A DNA stretch of 27,634 nt from Minisyncoccota bacterium (GTDB taxonomy: Bacteria > Patescibacteriota > Minisyncoccia > UBA6257 > JAKLIH01): assembly GCA_028691405.1 (NCBI GenBank), contig JAQUZI010000001.1:6015-33648 (forward strand), in the 5' to 3' direction. Under the pieces are notes generated by a model, which was not told the DNA's origin, did not search any database, and saw nothing but the letters and a program-made list of their open reading frames with translations. Positions 8,878 through 19,537 of this stretch are shown here, in pieces; within the stretch, counting starts at the first letter, position 1, and each line of letters opens with the position of its first letter. The position numbers were made by a program, and so were the translations under genes.

Positions 8878-9717
8878 ATGAAAAAATTTAATCCAACAAC
8901 ACCAACTAAAAGACATCATATCGATATTGATCGTTCGATTCTTTCCAAGAAAGAACCATACAAGCCTTTAGTTAAAGGTTATAAACCAGCTCAAGGAAGA
9001 GATAGTAAAGGTAAAATATCGATGCGTCACAGAGGTGGGGCTGTAAAAAAGAATTATCGTTTGGTTGAATTTGGTCAAGTTCACAAAGGTGTTCCGGCTA
9101 AAATTGAATCAATTGAATATGATCCTTACCGCACTGCTTTTATTGCTTTAATTTTATTCAGTAATGGTGCTAGAGCTTATACTATTGCTACTGGAGGTTT
9201 AAAAGCTGGAGACTCTATTGTCTGTGATGATACTGCTCCATTCAAGATTGGCAATCGTGTTAAATTATATAGCATTCCTAGTGGTACTCAAGTTCACAAT
9301 GTTGAATTAAGACCAGATCAAGGCGGTAAACTTGCTCGTAGTGCTGGTTCATATTTGACTATGATTGGTTTAGAAGGCAACTATGCATATCTTAAAATGC
9401 CTTCAACTGAAGTTAGAAAAGTTTCAAAAAATTGTTTTGCTACTATTGGTACTACTTCTAACAATGAACACAATTTGATTAATGTTGGTAAAGCTGGTCG
9501 TAATCGACACAAAGGTATTCGTCCTACTGTTCGTGGTAGTGCTATGAATGCTTGCGATCACCCTTATGGTGGTGGTAAAGGTAAACATCCTCGTGGAACT
9601 AAAAGACCCAAAGATAAATGAGGAAATGTTACTGGCGGTCGTAAAACAAGAAAAGCAAATAAATATTCAAACAAATTTATTGTTTCTCGTCGTAAAACTA
9701 AAAAATCTAAGAAATAA
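8878..9717 (+). CDS. rplB: 50S ribosomal protein L2 (279 aa; TGA 9619 = Trp)
   Basis: IEYDPYRTAFIAL, GGKLARSAG, RPTVRGSAMN, DHPYGGG, K-W-G; stop TAA at 9715-9717. Confidence 0.98.
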
Positions 9718-9742
9718 TTAATAAATTATTTAACAATACATT

Positions 9743-10030
9743 ATGTCTCGTTCACTCAAAAAAGGTCCATACGTTGATGAAAAATTAATGCAAAAAGTTG
9801 CTAAAAAAACAGCCGGTGACAAAGAGCCAATAAAAACATGAGCTCGCGCTTCAACTATATCTCCAGAAATGATTGGCTTTGTCTTTAATGTTCACAACGG
9901 AAAAAACTTTATTGAAGTTAAAGTTGTTGAAGAAATGGTAGGTCATCGTTTAGGTGAATTTGCGCCAACTCGCAAATTTGTTAAACACGGTGGTAAACTT
10001 CAAAAAGCAGCTGAAAAAGGAAAAAAATAA
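9743..10030 (+). CDS. rpsS: 30S ribosomal protein S19 (95 aa; TGA 9839 = Trp; absent from the ORF track)
   Basis: [39 protein letters not shown]. Confidence 0.98.
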
Positions 10031-10057
10031 TTATATTAATATTAATAATTTTTTGCT

Positions 10058-10558
10058 ATGGAAATAACATCTTCATTAAAATACCTAAGAATAGCTCCTC
10101 GAAAAGTAAGATTAGTTACTCGTTTAATTAAAGGTTTAAGTATAGAACAAGCTGAGCAACAGTTAAAATATTCTCCTAAGAGATCTGGAGTTGATGTTTT
10201 GAAGTTATTAAAATCAGCTAAAGCTAATGCTATTCATAACCATCATATTGATCCTAAAGATTTGTATATTTCAAAAATCAATGTTACCGATGGACCAACA
10301 TTAAAAAGAACTAGGCCTAGAGCTAGAGGATCTGCTTATTTAATTCGTCATCGTTCTTGCCATATTGTTTTAACTTTGAAACCAATTGATGAGAAGAAAT
10401 TAAAGAAAATTGATGTTAAAGATATTGAAAGTAAGAACAAAACTAAAAAGAGAACAATAAACAAAGACAAAAATCAAATTCAAAGAAAAGAAAAAACTCA
10501 CGTTAAAGCGCAAAAAGGTCAAAATAAAAATATTATTCAAAGAAAAGTAATTAATTAA
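10058..10558 (+). CDS. rplV: 50S ribosomal protein L22 with Lys-rich C-terminal extension
   Basis: RIAPRKVRLV, KSAKANA, GPTLKR, PRARG, HIVL. Confidence 0.97.
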   Translation: MEITSSLKYLRIAPRKVRLVTRLIKGLSIEQAEQQLKYSPKRSGVDVLKLLKSAKANAIHNHHIDPKDLYISKINVTDGPTLKRTRPRARGSAYLIRHRSCHIVLTLKPIDEKKLKKIDVKDIESKNKTKKRTINKDKNQIQRKEKTHVKAQKGQNKNIIQRKVIN

Positions 10559-10575
10559 TACATTTAATTAGAATT

Positions 10576-11250
10576 ATGGCTCAACATATCAATCCAACAA
10601 TTAAAAGATTAGGCATAAACAAAAATTGAACATCACGTTGATTCGATTTAGGTAATTTTCCTTGAAAATTAGCTGAAGATCAGTTGATTAGACGCGATCT
10701 TGAAAAAATTCTTGAAAAAGCTCATTATCAAACAGTTGAAATTGAGCGCAAAGGAGATCGAATTAATGTTGTAATTTTTACTTCTAAACCTGGTATGATT
10801 ATTAAACATAAAGGAGAAGGTTTAGATGACATTAAAAAAGCTCTTGAAAAAAGTTTAAACAAGTTTAGAAGAAAAAATAAGATTTCTGATAAATACAGTA
10901 TTAGTATTAATATCGAAGAAGTTAAAAAACCATTTTTGTCTGCTCAAATTGTTGCCTTTGATATTCGTGATGACATTGAAAGAAGACTTCCTTACAGAAG
11001 AACAATTAAGAAGTATCTTGAAAGAATTATGTCTAACCGCGAAGTAAAAGGGGCAAAGATATATGTTACCGGTCGTTTGGATGGTGCTGATATCGCTCGT
11101 TCCGACTGGGTTAAAGAAGGTAAATTACCTTTAAACACCTTAAGAGCTATAATTGATTACGGAACTGTCTATACTCGTTGTACTTACGGAAAGATTGGTA
11201 TTAAAGTCTGAATATACAAAGGTGAGGCTTTTAAGAATAACAAAAAATAA
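10576..11250 (+). CDS. rpsC: 30S ribosomal protein S3 (224 aa; 4 TGA = Trp)
   Basis: INP..RLGINKN-W-TSR-W-F, KPGMII, GRLDGADIAR, PLNTLRA, YGKIGIKV-W-IYKGE. Confidence 0.98.
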
Positions 11251-11303
11251 GGTCAAATTAAATTTAAATCAGTAAAATTAATTATTTTAGTAAATAACAC
11301 AAT

Positions 11304-11714
11304 ATGCTAACTCCAAAAAGAACAAAACATCGAAAAGTGCAAAAAGGCAGAAGGCTTAAACGTGATTTTGAAAGTCGCGGAGTTTCACTTGAATATGGTC
11401 AATTTGGTGTTTGTAGTTTAGAAAACAAAAGAATAAATAGTCGCCAAATAGAATCAGCTCGTCGTGTTTTACTTCGTTTTATTCGTAAAGGTGGCAAAAT
11501 ATGAATTCGCGTTTTTCCTGATAAACCAATAACAAAAAGACCTCCTGAAAAACGTATGGGTGGAGGTAAAGGAGATGTTGATCATTATGCTTTTCAAGTT
11601 AAGCCTGGACGTATCATTTTTGAGTTAGATGGTATTTCTGAATCAGATGCTATGACTGCTTTAAAACAAGTTGGTTACAAACTTCCTTTTAAAACAAAAA
11701 TTATTAAACGATAG
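11304..11714 (+). CDS. rplP: 50S ribosomal protein L16 (136 aa; TGA 11502 = Trp)
   Basis: [39 protein letters not shown]; stop TAG. Confidence 0.98.
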
Positions 11715-11719
11715 ATTTT

Positions 11720-11902
11720 ATGAAAATCAAAGATTTAAAAAATAAAGATACTAAATCATTAGTTAATATCTTAAACGAAAGCAAGCAAAAGCTAAATGTT
11801 TTAACTTTAAACAATCGTTTTGGAAAAGTCAAGAACTACAACGAACTTAGTGATTTAAAGAAAACTATCGCTCGTATTTTAACCATTATTAATAAAAAAT
11901 AA
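11720..11902 (+). CDS. rpmC: 50S ribosomal protein L29
   Basis: Size, position, LKKTIARILTI. Confidence 0.93.
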   Translation: MKIKDLKNKDTKSLVNILNESKQKLNVLTLNNRFGKVKNYNELSDLKKTIARILTIINKK

Positions 11903-11922
11903 TTTATATATAAAACTGTTTT

Positions 11923-12174
11923 ATGAATATTTCGAAAGTTCAAAAAAGACAACTAAGCGGGGTGATTACATCAGCTAAAATGGCGCTGACTGCTGTAGTT
12001 GAAGTAACCAGACTAAAACAACATCCTTTATATCATAAATACTACAAGACTTCTAAACGATATAAAGCTCATAATCCTGATAATAAATTTCAACCAGGCG
12101 ACAAGGTTATTATTGAAGAAACTAGACCTATTTCTAAAGATAAATCCTGAATTATTGTTGAAAAACTTAAATAA
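11923..12174 (+). CDS. rpsQ: 30S ribosomal protein S17 (83 aa; TGA 12148 = Trp)
   Basis: GVITSAKM, HPLYHK, YKAH, GDKVIIEETRPISKDKS-W-II. Confidence 0.97.
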
Positions 12175-12182
12175 TCTAACCC

Positions 12183-12211
12183 TTGAAAATATATATTTTT
12201 TAGTGTATAAT
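12183..12211 (+). promoter_or_regulatory. Probable spc operon promoter upstream of rplN
   Basis: TTGAAA (12183-12188), 17-nt spacer, TATAAT (12206-12211). Same location as the E. coli spc promoter. Confidence 0.65.
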
Positions 12212-12236
12212 TAACTTAATTACTTAATTTGTTATT

Positions 12237-12605
12237 ATGATACAACTTCGTTCAATATTAAAAGTAGCTGATAACAGTGGAGCACAAACAATTCGCTGTA
12301 TTCAAGTCAAAGGCGGTCATTGACATCGTTATGGCCAATTAGGCGATATTATTGTTGCCTCTGTTCAAACAGCTAAACCAAGAAAAACTGTCAAGAAAAA
12401 AGATGTTGTTAAGGCTGTTATTGTACGTCAACGCCGTAACTATAAAAGAAAAAACGGTACATATATAAGTTTTGATGATAACGCTGTTGTTATTATCAAT
12501 GATAAGAAAGAACCGGTCGGTACTCGTATTTTTGGTCCTATTCCTCGTGAAATCAAAGATATGGGGTATAATAAAATTATTGAATTAGGACCGGAATTAG
12601 TTTAA
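12237..12605 (+). CDS. rplN: 50S ribosomal protein L14 (122 aa; TGA at 12321; absent from the ORF track)
   Basis: MIQ..S.LKVADNSGA, GDIIVASV, VVKAVIVR, FDDNAVVII, GTRIFGP. Confidence 0.98.
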
Positions 12606-12615
12606 AACAATAATT

Positions 12616-12942
12616 ATGGAAACTAAAACAAAATTAAAAATAAAGAAAAACGATAAAGTGGTAATTCTCAAAGGGAAAGATAGATCTAAAACTGGGAAAG
12701 TCATTAAAGTTCTACCTGATATCAACAAAGTTCTTATCGAAGGCTTAAATCTTTGTAAAAAACATAACAAGCCTAGAAAAGAAGGAGAGGTTGGTCAAAT
12801 TATCGAAATTCCTAAGCCAGTTAACGCTTCTAACGTTGCTATTATCTGTCATCATTGCAATAAACCAACTCGTATTGGTTACATTATAGAAAAAGGTAAA
12901 AAATACAGAGTTTGCAAAAAATGTAATAAGAAATTAGATTAA
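12616..12942 (+). CDS. rplX: 50S ribosomal protein L24 (CxxC..CxxC form)
   Basis: KIKKNDKVVILKGKDR, VLIEGLN, ASNV, CHHC..PTRIG..CKKC. Confidence 0.97.
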   Translation: METKTKLKIKKNDKVVILKGKDRSKTGKVIKVLPDINKVLIEGLNLCKKHNKPRKEGEVGQIIEIPKPVNASNVAIICHHCNKPTRIGYIIEKGKKYRVCKKCNKKLD

Positions 12943-12946
12943 TATT

Positions 12947-13522
12947 ATGAAAATATCATATACTGATAATTATACAAATAAAGCTAAACAAGCTTTCAAA
13001 AAAGAATTTAACCAAGACAATGAATTGTCCATTCCTAAAATAACTAAAGTTTGTATTAATTCAGGCATCGGCAAGATATTAGCTAGAACTGATGGGAACA
13101 ACGATAATATGATTCAAGATTTTAGTGATAAATTAGCTCGTATTACTGGCCAAAAACCAAAAATTTGTAAAGCTAAAAAGTCAATTGCTGGTTTTAAACT
13201 AAGAGAAGGAAGTATAGTTGGTTTAAATGTTACTTTACGTGGTAAAAAGATGGCTGATTTTATGGACAGACTTATTAACATTGTTTTTCCTCGTACCCGT
13301 GACTTTTGAGGTATTGATCGTAAAAATTTTGACAAAACCGGTAACTTAACTATTGGTATTACTGAAATGAATGCATTTCCTGAATTATCATATGATGTTA
13401 TTAAAGCAGGGTTTGGCGTAGAAATTAATTTTGTTACTAACACTGATTCTAAAGAAAAGTCGATTAAATTGTTTGAAGCTTTAGGTTTTCCACTAAAACC
13501 GATTACTCCTTCAAAAAAATAA
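12947..13522 (+). CDS. rplE: 50S ribosomal protein L5 (191 aa; TGA at 13307)
   Basis: PKITKV.IN.GIG, ITGQKP, AKKSIAGFKLREG, VTLRG, PRTRDF, GN.TIG, FPE. Confidence 0.98.
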
Positions 13523-13559
13523 TTAAATTTGAAAATTAAATTTACTTAAATTTATATTC

Positions 13560-13745
13560 ATGGCAAAAAAATCTACAATTGCAAGAGCTAAAAAAACACC
13601 AAAATTCAAGTCCAGAAAAGTAAATCGCTGTTTTAACTGTGGTCGAAAAAGAGGCTATATGAGAGACTTCGGTCTATGCCGTATTTGTTTTCGCGAATTA
13701 GCTTCTAAAGGTGAAATCCCAGGAGTTAAAAAATCAAGTTGATAA
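13560..13745 (+). CDS. rpsN: 30S ribosomal protein S14, short Zn-binding type (61 aa; terminal TGA = Trp, then TAA)
   Basis: [30 protein letters not shown]-stop. Confidence 0.98.
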
Positions 13746-13768
13746 TTAACTTAAAATAAATATATATT

Positions 13769-14161
13769 ATGACTATTTGTGATCCAATTAGCGACATGTT
13801 AATTCGCATTAAGAATGCTGTACGTGTTGAAAAAGAAAAAATTATTTTACCTTCATCAAAAATTAAAATAGAAATTTTGAAGGTTTTGAAGAAAGAAGGG
13901 TATATTAGTGATTTTTCTATTTCAGCCAAAGATAAAAAATCTTCTATTGAAGTCGTACTTAAGTATGGTAAAGACAACGTATCATACGTTCAAGATGTTA
14001 AACGCATTTCAAAGCCAAGTAAAAGAGTATATATCAAATATCCTGATATTCATACTAAAACCCAATCTACTGTTGTTTTATCTACCCCTAAAGGCATTAT
14101 GCCTGCTAAGGTAGCTAAGAAACAACGTCTTGGCGGAGAAGTATTATTTGAAATATTTTAA
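13769..14161 (+). CDS. rpsH: 30S ribosomal protein S8
   Basis: DPISDMLIRIKNA, LKKEGYI, RISKPSKRVY, STPKGIM, GGEVL. Confidence 0.98.
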   Translation: MTICDPISDMLIRIKNAVRVEKEKIILPSSKIKIEILKVLKKEGYISDFSISAKDKKSSIEVVLKYGKDNVSYVQDVKRISKPSKRVYIKYPDIHTKTQSTVVLSTPKGIMPAKVAKKQRLGGEVLFEIF

Positions 14162-14171
14162 ACTTTTTACT

Positions 14172-14717
14172 ATGTCCAAAATAGGCAAACAACCAATAAA
14201 AATACTAGATGATGTCAAAGTTGAATTTGACGAAAGTAAAAGACTTTTAACCATTACTGGTCAAAAAGGAACATTAACTCATACTGTTAGTAATGATGTT
14301 GTGATTGAAATAAAGCAAGAAGATAAAGAAATTGTTTTAACTCCACGAAAAGAAGGTCGTGAATTTTTTGCTATCTGAGGAACAGAAAGAGCTCTTATTA
14401 ACAATTGTATTATTGGTGTATCTGCTGGTTTTGAAAAGCGCTTAATTATTGAAGGGATTGGCTATAAAGCTGAAATCAAAGGCACAACCCTTGTTTTAAA
14501 TGTTGGTTATTCTCACCCTGTTGATTTAGAAATACCAAGCGATTTAACCGTTACAGTTGATAAAACTATTATTAGTATTTCCGGTATATCTAAAAAATCA
14601 GTTGGCGATTTTGCTGCTTTAATTCGTATTCAAAGAAAGACAAATCCATACTCAATGAAAGGTATTAGATATGAAGATGAAAGAGTCGTTAAAAAGAGTG
14701 GTAAAAAAGCAGCCTAA
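14172..14717 (+). CDS. rplF: 50S ribosomal protein L6 (181 aa; TGA 14376 = Trp)
   Basis: MSKIGKQPI, W-GTERALINN, GIGYKA, VGYSHPV, PYSMKGIRY. Confidence 0.98.
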
Positions 14718-14749
14718 AATATTAAATTAAATATTTTAATAAATCTATT

Positions 14750-15109
14750 ATGCAAAATATAGCAAAAATTACAAAAGAAAAAAGAGCAAGAGTTCATAAC
14801 CGTATTAGATCAAAGGTTTCTGGTACAAGCAATAGGCCTCGTCTATCTATATTCAAATCTAATAATCATATTTACGCTCAAGCTATTGATGATGAACAGC
14901 AAAAAACATTAGTTTCTGCATCTGATCTTGAATTAAAAGATGTTAAAGATAAAAAATTAGCTAAAAGTATTTTAGTTGCTCAAAAATTAGTTGAAAAGCT
15001 AAAAGATAAAAAAATTAATGAAATAGTTTTTGATCGCGGTGGATTTAAATATCATGGTCGTATAAAAGTTTTAGCCGACGAATTGCGTAAATTAGGAATT
15101 AAATTTTAA
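14750..15109 (+). CDS. rplR: 50S ribosomal protein L18
   Basis: RPRLSIFKSNNHIYAQ.IDD, FDRGGFKYHGRIK.LAD. Confidence 0.98.
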   Translation: MQNIAKITKEKRARVHNRIRSKVSGTSNRPRLSIFKSNNHIYAQAIDDEQQKTLVSASDLELKDVKDKKLAKSILVAQKLVEKLKDKKINEIVFDRGGFKYHGRIKVLADELRKLGIKF

Positions 15110-15111
15110 TT

Positions 15112-15756
15112 ATGAAGACAAACGACAATATTAAAACAAACGATAATACCAAAAAAGATATTAAAAAAGATAGTTTTGGTCCAAAAAAACCTTTTGAAAG
15201 AAATAGAAGAGAGGGGGGAAGAAGACCTTCTTCTAGCAGTAATTTTGTTAAAAAAACTACCGATTTTGATCAATTAATTGCTGACATTAGACGTGTTACT
15301 CGTGTTACTGCTGGTGGTAAACATATGAGTTTTAGTGTTACTATGCTACTTGGCAATAACAAAGGTAAAATCGCTATTGGTACAGCTAAAGGTGTTGATG
15401 TTCCAAAAGCTATTGATAAGGCTAAAAAGGAAGCTATGAAAAACATTGTTACTGTTCCTATTATTAATGATACCGTACCATTTAAAACTGAAGGTAAGTT
15501 TTGTGCTAGCCGCATTTTAATCAAACCAGCCAAAGAAGGTAAAGGTGTTATTGCTGGTGGCGTTGTTCGTAATATAATGATATTAGCTGGAATTAAAAAT
15601 GTTACTTGTAAAATATTAAGTGGTTCTCATAGTGCTATTAATAATGGTAAAGCAACAATCGAAGGTTTAAAACAAATAGCCCGTATTTACAATCTTGAAA
15701 ATGAAAAAAATAACATAAAAGTCGAAGCTAAAACTACAGAAGACGAAGAAAAATAA
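15112..15756 (+). CDS. rpsE: 30S ribosomal protein S5 with terminal extensions
   Basis: RRVTRVTAGGK, G.AKG.DVPKAI.KA, KPAKEGKGVIAGG.VR. Confidence 0.97.
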   Translation: MKTNDNIKTNDNTKKDIKKDSFGPKKPFERNRREGGRRPSSSSNFVKKTTDFDQLIADIRRVTRVTAGGKHMSFSVTMLLGNNKGKIAIGTAKGVDVPKAIDKAKKEAMKNIVTVPIINDTVPFKTEGKFCASRILIKPAKEGKGVIAGGVVRNIMILAGIKNVTCKILSGSHSAINNGKATIEGLKQIARIYNLENEKNNIKVEAKTTEDEEK

Positions 15757-15779
15757 TTTAGCATATTAAATTTATTAAA

Positions 15780-16214
15780 ATGCAAGTTCACAATTTAAAA
15801 CCAAAAACAAAAGTCAATAAAGCTCCTCGTGTTGGCCGTGGTGGCAAACGAGGTACTTATAGTGGTAAAGGTATGAAAGGCCAAAAAGCTCATGCCGGTA
15901 GAAAAATACCAGCTCAATTAAAGGAGCAAATATTACGTTTACCTAAATTAAGAGGAGCAACAAATAAAGTCAAAAAGGCTGATATTTTTGAAATTCAATT
16001 AAAGACTTTAATTCAAAAATGCCCAGATAATTTTAAAGTTAATTTGGAGTCACTTCGTAAACTTAAACTAATTCCTAAAAGAGTTACAAAGTTTAAAATT
16101 ATTGGTAAAGTAGATTCAATTAATAAAAAATTGTTTTTGAAAGATTGTAAAATTACAAAATTAGGTGCCAGTTTGATTGAAAAAGCTGGTGGCAAGGTAG
16201 AATTTAGTAAATAA
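15780..16214 (+). CDS. rplO: 50S ribosomal protein L15
   Basis: RVGRGGKRGTYSGKGMKGQKA, RLPKLRG, IEKAGG. Confidence 0.97.
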   Translation: MQVHNLKPKTKVNKAPRVGRGGKRGTYSGKGMKGQKAHAGRKIPAQLKEQILRLPKLRGATNKVKKADIFEIQLKTLIQKCPDNFKVNLESLRKLKLIPKRVTKFKIIGKVDSINKKLFLKDCKITKLGASLIEKAGGKVEFSK

Positions 16215-16260
16215 ATTCTATCTTTTGTATTTTAAAAATATTTTCAAATAAATATATATT

Positions 16261-17532
16261 ATGATTAAAAATTTAATTAAACTTTTCAAAAATAAAGAAT
16301 TGCGTAAAAGCATGCTAACTATATTTTTCTGATTACTTGTTTTTAGATTAATTGCTGCAATTCCTATACCTAATGTTGATTTAAATCAGATCAAAACCTT
16401 TTTAGAACAAAGTAAAGTTTTTGGTTTATTTGATATATTTACTGGAGGTGCTTTTGGTAATTTATCCATTGGTCTTCTTGGCGTTAGTCCTTACATTTCA
16501 GCTTCCATTATTATGCAATTAGTTGTTATTATTATTCCATCACTTAAAGAAGTTTTTCATGAAAATGGGGAAGAAGGGCGTCGTAAATTTGAAAAATGAA
16601 CTAAGTACTTAACGTTACCTTTAACTGTTTTGCAAGCTGTTGGTATTTTAAATATATTGCGTATGCAAAAGATCATTACCATTAATTCTCCACTTGAATT
16701 ATGACGTAACGTATTGCTTTTAACTGCCGCTGCTTTTGTAATCGTATTTATTGGTGAAATTATTACTCAGAAGAAATTGGGAAATGGTATTTCTTTAATC
16801 ATCTTCTCTGGTATTATTATTAGTTTACCTCAAAGCATATTTGCTACTGTTATGTCAGCTCAGACATTATTTGCTTGAATTGGTGTTGCTTTATTCTTCT
16901 TAATTATGTTAATTATGGTTGTTGCCATTGTTTATTTAACTGAAGGAGAAAGAAGGCTTACAGTCTCATATGCTAAACATGTTCGTGGAAATAAAATGTA
17001 TGGTGGCGTTACAACCTTTTTACCATTAAAAGTTAATCAAGCCGGTGTTATTCCTATTATTTTTGCTTTATCTATTTTAACTTTTCCCGCTTTGATTAGC
17101 CAAATGTTAGCCACTACTAATTTGACGTTTTTAGTTACTGCCTCTAATTTTCTTACGACTTTAATTGAAAACAAAGTATTTTATGCCTCAATCTATTTTA
17201 TCTTAGTATTTCTATTTACCTTCTTCTATACATCTATTACTTTTGAACCAAAAGAAATATCAGATAATTTACAAAAAAATGGTGGGTTTATTCCTGGTTA
17301 TCGCCCAGGTGAAAATACTGTTTCTCATCTAACTAAAGTATCTAAGAAGATAACATTGTTTGGTGCTATATTCCTAGGCCTAGTTGCTGTTTTACCAATG
17401 GTGCTTGAAAAAGTTACGAATGTTACTACTTTTGAAATTGGTGGAACATCGTTGTTACTTATCGTTGCTATTGCCATTGAAATCAAGAATGCAATTGAAG
17501 CTCAGCTAGCGATGAGGGAATATGACTACTAA
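16261..17532 (+). CDS. secY: Preprotein translocase subunit SecY (423 aa; 3 TGA = Trp)
   Basis: LGVSPYISASIIMQL, GEEGRRK, GNGISLIIF, LPLKVNQAGVIPIIFA, FIPGYRPG, GGTSLLLIV. Confidence 0.98.
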
Positions 17533-17545
17533 ATTAATTTAAAAT

Positions 17546-17580
17546 AATACACGTCAAAGCTTAATGTTTTGGCGTGTATT
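17546..17580 (+). terminator. Hairpin after secY, possible terminator
   Basis: aatacacgtcaaa/tttggcgtgtatt, 13 bp with one G-U. Weak U-tract. Confidence 0.55.
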
Positions 17581-17592
17581 AAATTATCTTTT

Positions 17593-18756
17593 ATGCAAAA
17601 AAATCAAATACAAAAATACTATTATGGGTTTCAATTCTTCCGAGATTTTTGTTTTTTTGGAGGAGTTTTAATTCCTTTCTTTACTCAATGAGCTGGAATT
17701 TCAATGTTTCAAGTTCAGTTTTTGCAATCTTGATTCATGTTTTGAAATTTTATACTTGAAGTTCCTACGGGTGTTGTCGCTGACTATTTTGGTCGTAAAA
17801 AATCAGTAATGCTTGGTTTAATATTTTTTGGGATTGGTATTTTAATTTATGGAATTATCCCTAGTTTCTATATGTTTCTTTTATGTGAATTCATTTTAGC
17901 TTTAGGTGTTTCTCTTATGTCTGGGGCAGATAAAGCATTATTTTTTGATTCACTTAAAGAAATTGGTGAAGAAAAAGAAAGTAAAAAATTATTTGGTAAA
18001 GCCCATTCTTGAAAATTAATAGCACTTTTAGTTTCCGCTCCAATTGGTAGCCTTATTGGATCAAAAGTCGGGCTAAATATACCAATGCTACTATCTTCTA
18101 TTCCCATATTTATTGCTTTTCTATTTATATCTAGATTTAAAGAGCCAAAGCAGTATGAAAGAGAAGATGAGGGTAAAAGATATTTTCAAATCTTTACCCA
18201 AGGCATTAAATTTGTTAAAAACAATGATTTTATTAGAAGGTTAAGCCTAAACGGCATTTTAATTAATAGTGCTGGCTATTTTATTATTTGACTATATCAG
18301 CCAATGTTAAGTAAATTAGATATTCCTATTATATATTTTGGCTATTTTCACGCGCTTTTAGTTTTAGTTCAAGTCATTGTTTCTAGTAACTTTGGGTTTT
18401 TTGAAAAAAAGTTTGGTTTTAATAATTATTTAAAATTTTCAAGTATTATGGTTTTAGGATTCTTTTTACTTGTTGTTTTAATGCCGAATATATTTACTGC
18501 TATTCTTTTGATTATATTCGCTGGTGGATTTGGCTTAACCCATCTTGAATTTGTTTATGCGCATTTAAATGAAAATATTCCTTCAAATATGCGAGCTACT
18601 ATTCTTTCAACGGTAGGGTTGTTTAGTTCTTTGTTTTTGTTTGTAGTTAATCCCATTGTTGGCTTTTTGGCTGATCGCTCAGTTATTCTTGCTTTTGGTA
18701 TAATCAGTCTTTTACCGATGGTGTCTCTTGCGTTTAAAACCAGGAAACAAAGCTAG
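17593..18756 (+). CDS. Major facilitator superfamily transporter (387 aa; 5 TGA = Trp)
   Basis: LEVPTGVVADYFGRK (motif A), SGADKAL, many hydrophobic segments, IPSNMRATILS. The four ORF-track fragments join into one frame. Confidence 0.93.
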
Positions 18757-18784
18757 TTGCTATTAATTCTATTTTTGTTATAAT
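18757..18784 (+). promoter_or_regulatory. Possible promoter for pgeF-HAD
   Basis: TTGCTA (18757-18762), 16-nt spacer, TG at 18776-18777, TATAAT (18779-18784). Confidence 0.5.
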
Positions 18785-18811
18785 ATATTTATATTATTTA
18801 AAAATTAAATC

Positions 18812-19528
18812 ATGTTTAAACTATTTAAAAAATACACGAATTTAATTGCTTTGTTTTCCGAAAAGAAAGATGGTCCAATGAAAATTACTGATGATCAGCG
18901 AAATTATGATAACAGAAATGCTTTTTTAAAAAACAACAATATTAATCCGGACAACATATATATCGGAAGATTAAAACACACTAATAATGTTGAGGTTATT
19001 TCTAATCGTGATAAAAAAATGTTTTATGATTGTGATGGTTTAATTACTAATTTAAAAGACGTGTACTTAAGTTTTACTGTTGCTGATTGTACTGCTATTT
19101 ATCTTTTTGATTTTGAGAATAATGCTATTGGGCTTCTTCATGCGGGGTGGAAAGGGTTGCGTGATGATATTATTAAAAATGCTATAACTTTAATGCAAAA
19201 TACATTTAATTCAAAAATAGACAATATCTTAGTTGGCATTTCTCCGCTTTTATGTGAAAAATGTTATGAAGTAAAAGAGGATTTTGTTGAAAATTTTAAA
19301 GACTATCCAAATTCTTTTATCCAAAAAGATGGAAAAATATTTTTTGATTCAAAATATGTTTTACTCAAAAAACTTTTAGAATTAAAAATTAAAGAATCAA
19401 ATATTGAATTTATTGATGAATGCACTTATTGTTTAAAAGATAAATACTTTTCTTATCGTCGTGATCAATATGGTTGTCAGGCAAATGACATTAAAGCCAT
19501 GATGGCTGTTTTTGGTATTAAAAATTAA
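18812..19528 (+). CDS. pgeF: YfiH/PgeF-family protein (laccase-domain purine nucleoside phosphorylase)
   Basis: DGLITN, TVADC, HAGWKG, CTYC, FSYRR. Confidence 0.9.
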   Translation: MFKLFKKYTNLIALFSEKKDGPMKITDDQRNYDNRNAFLKNNNINPDNIYIGRLKHTNNVEVISNRDKKMFYDCDGLITNLKDVYLSFTVADCTAIYLFDFENNAIGLLHAGWKGLRDDIIKNAITLMQNTFNSKIDNILVGISPLLCEKCYEVKEDFVENFKDYPNSFIQKDGKIFFDSKYVLLKKLLELKIKESNIEFIDECTYCLKDKYFSYRRDQYGCQANDIKAMMAVFGIKN

Positions 19529-19537
19529 AAAACTATT

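Noticed and set aside
2872-13650. CGA/CGG reassignment to Trp as described for Absconditabacteria
   Set aside because: CGA occurs at conserved Arg sites (EF-G AYRE, L22 APRK, S14 CGR).
14130-14171. Extended rplF start in the ORF track
   Set aside because: It overlaps rpsH. The canonical MSKIGK start is ATG 14172.
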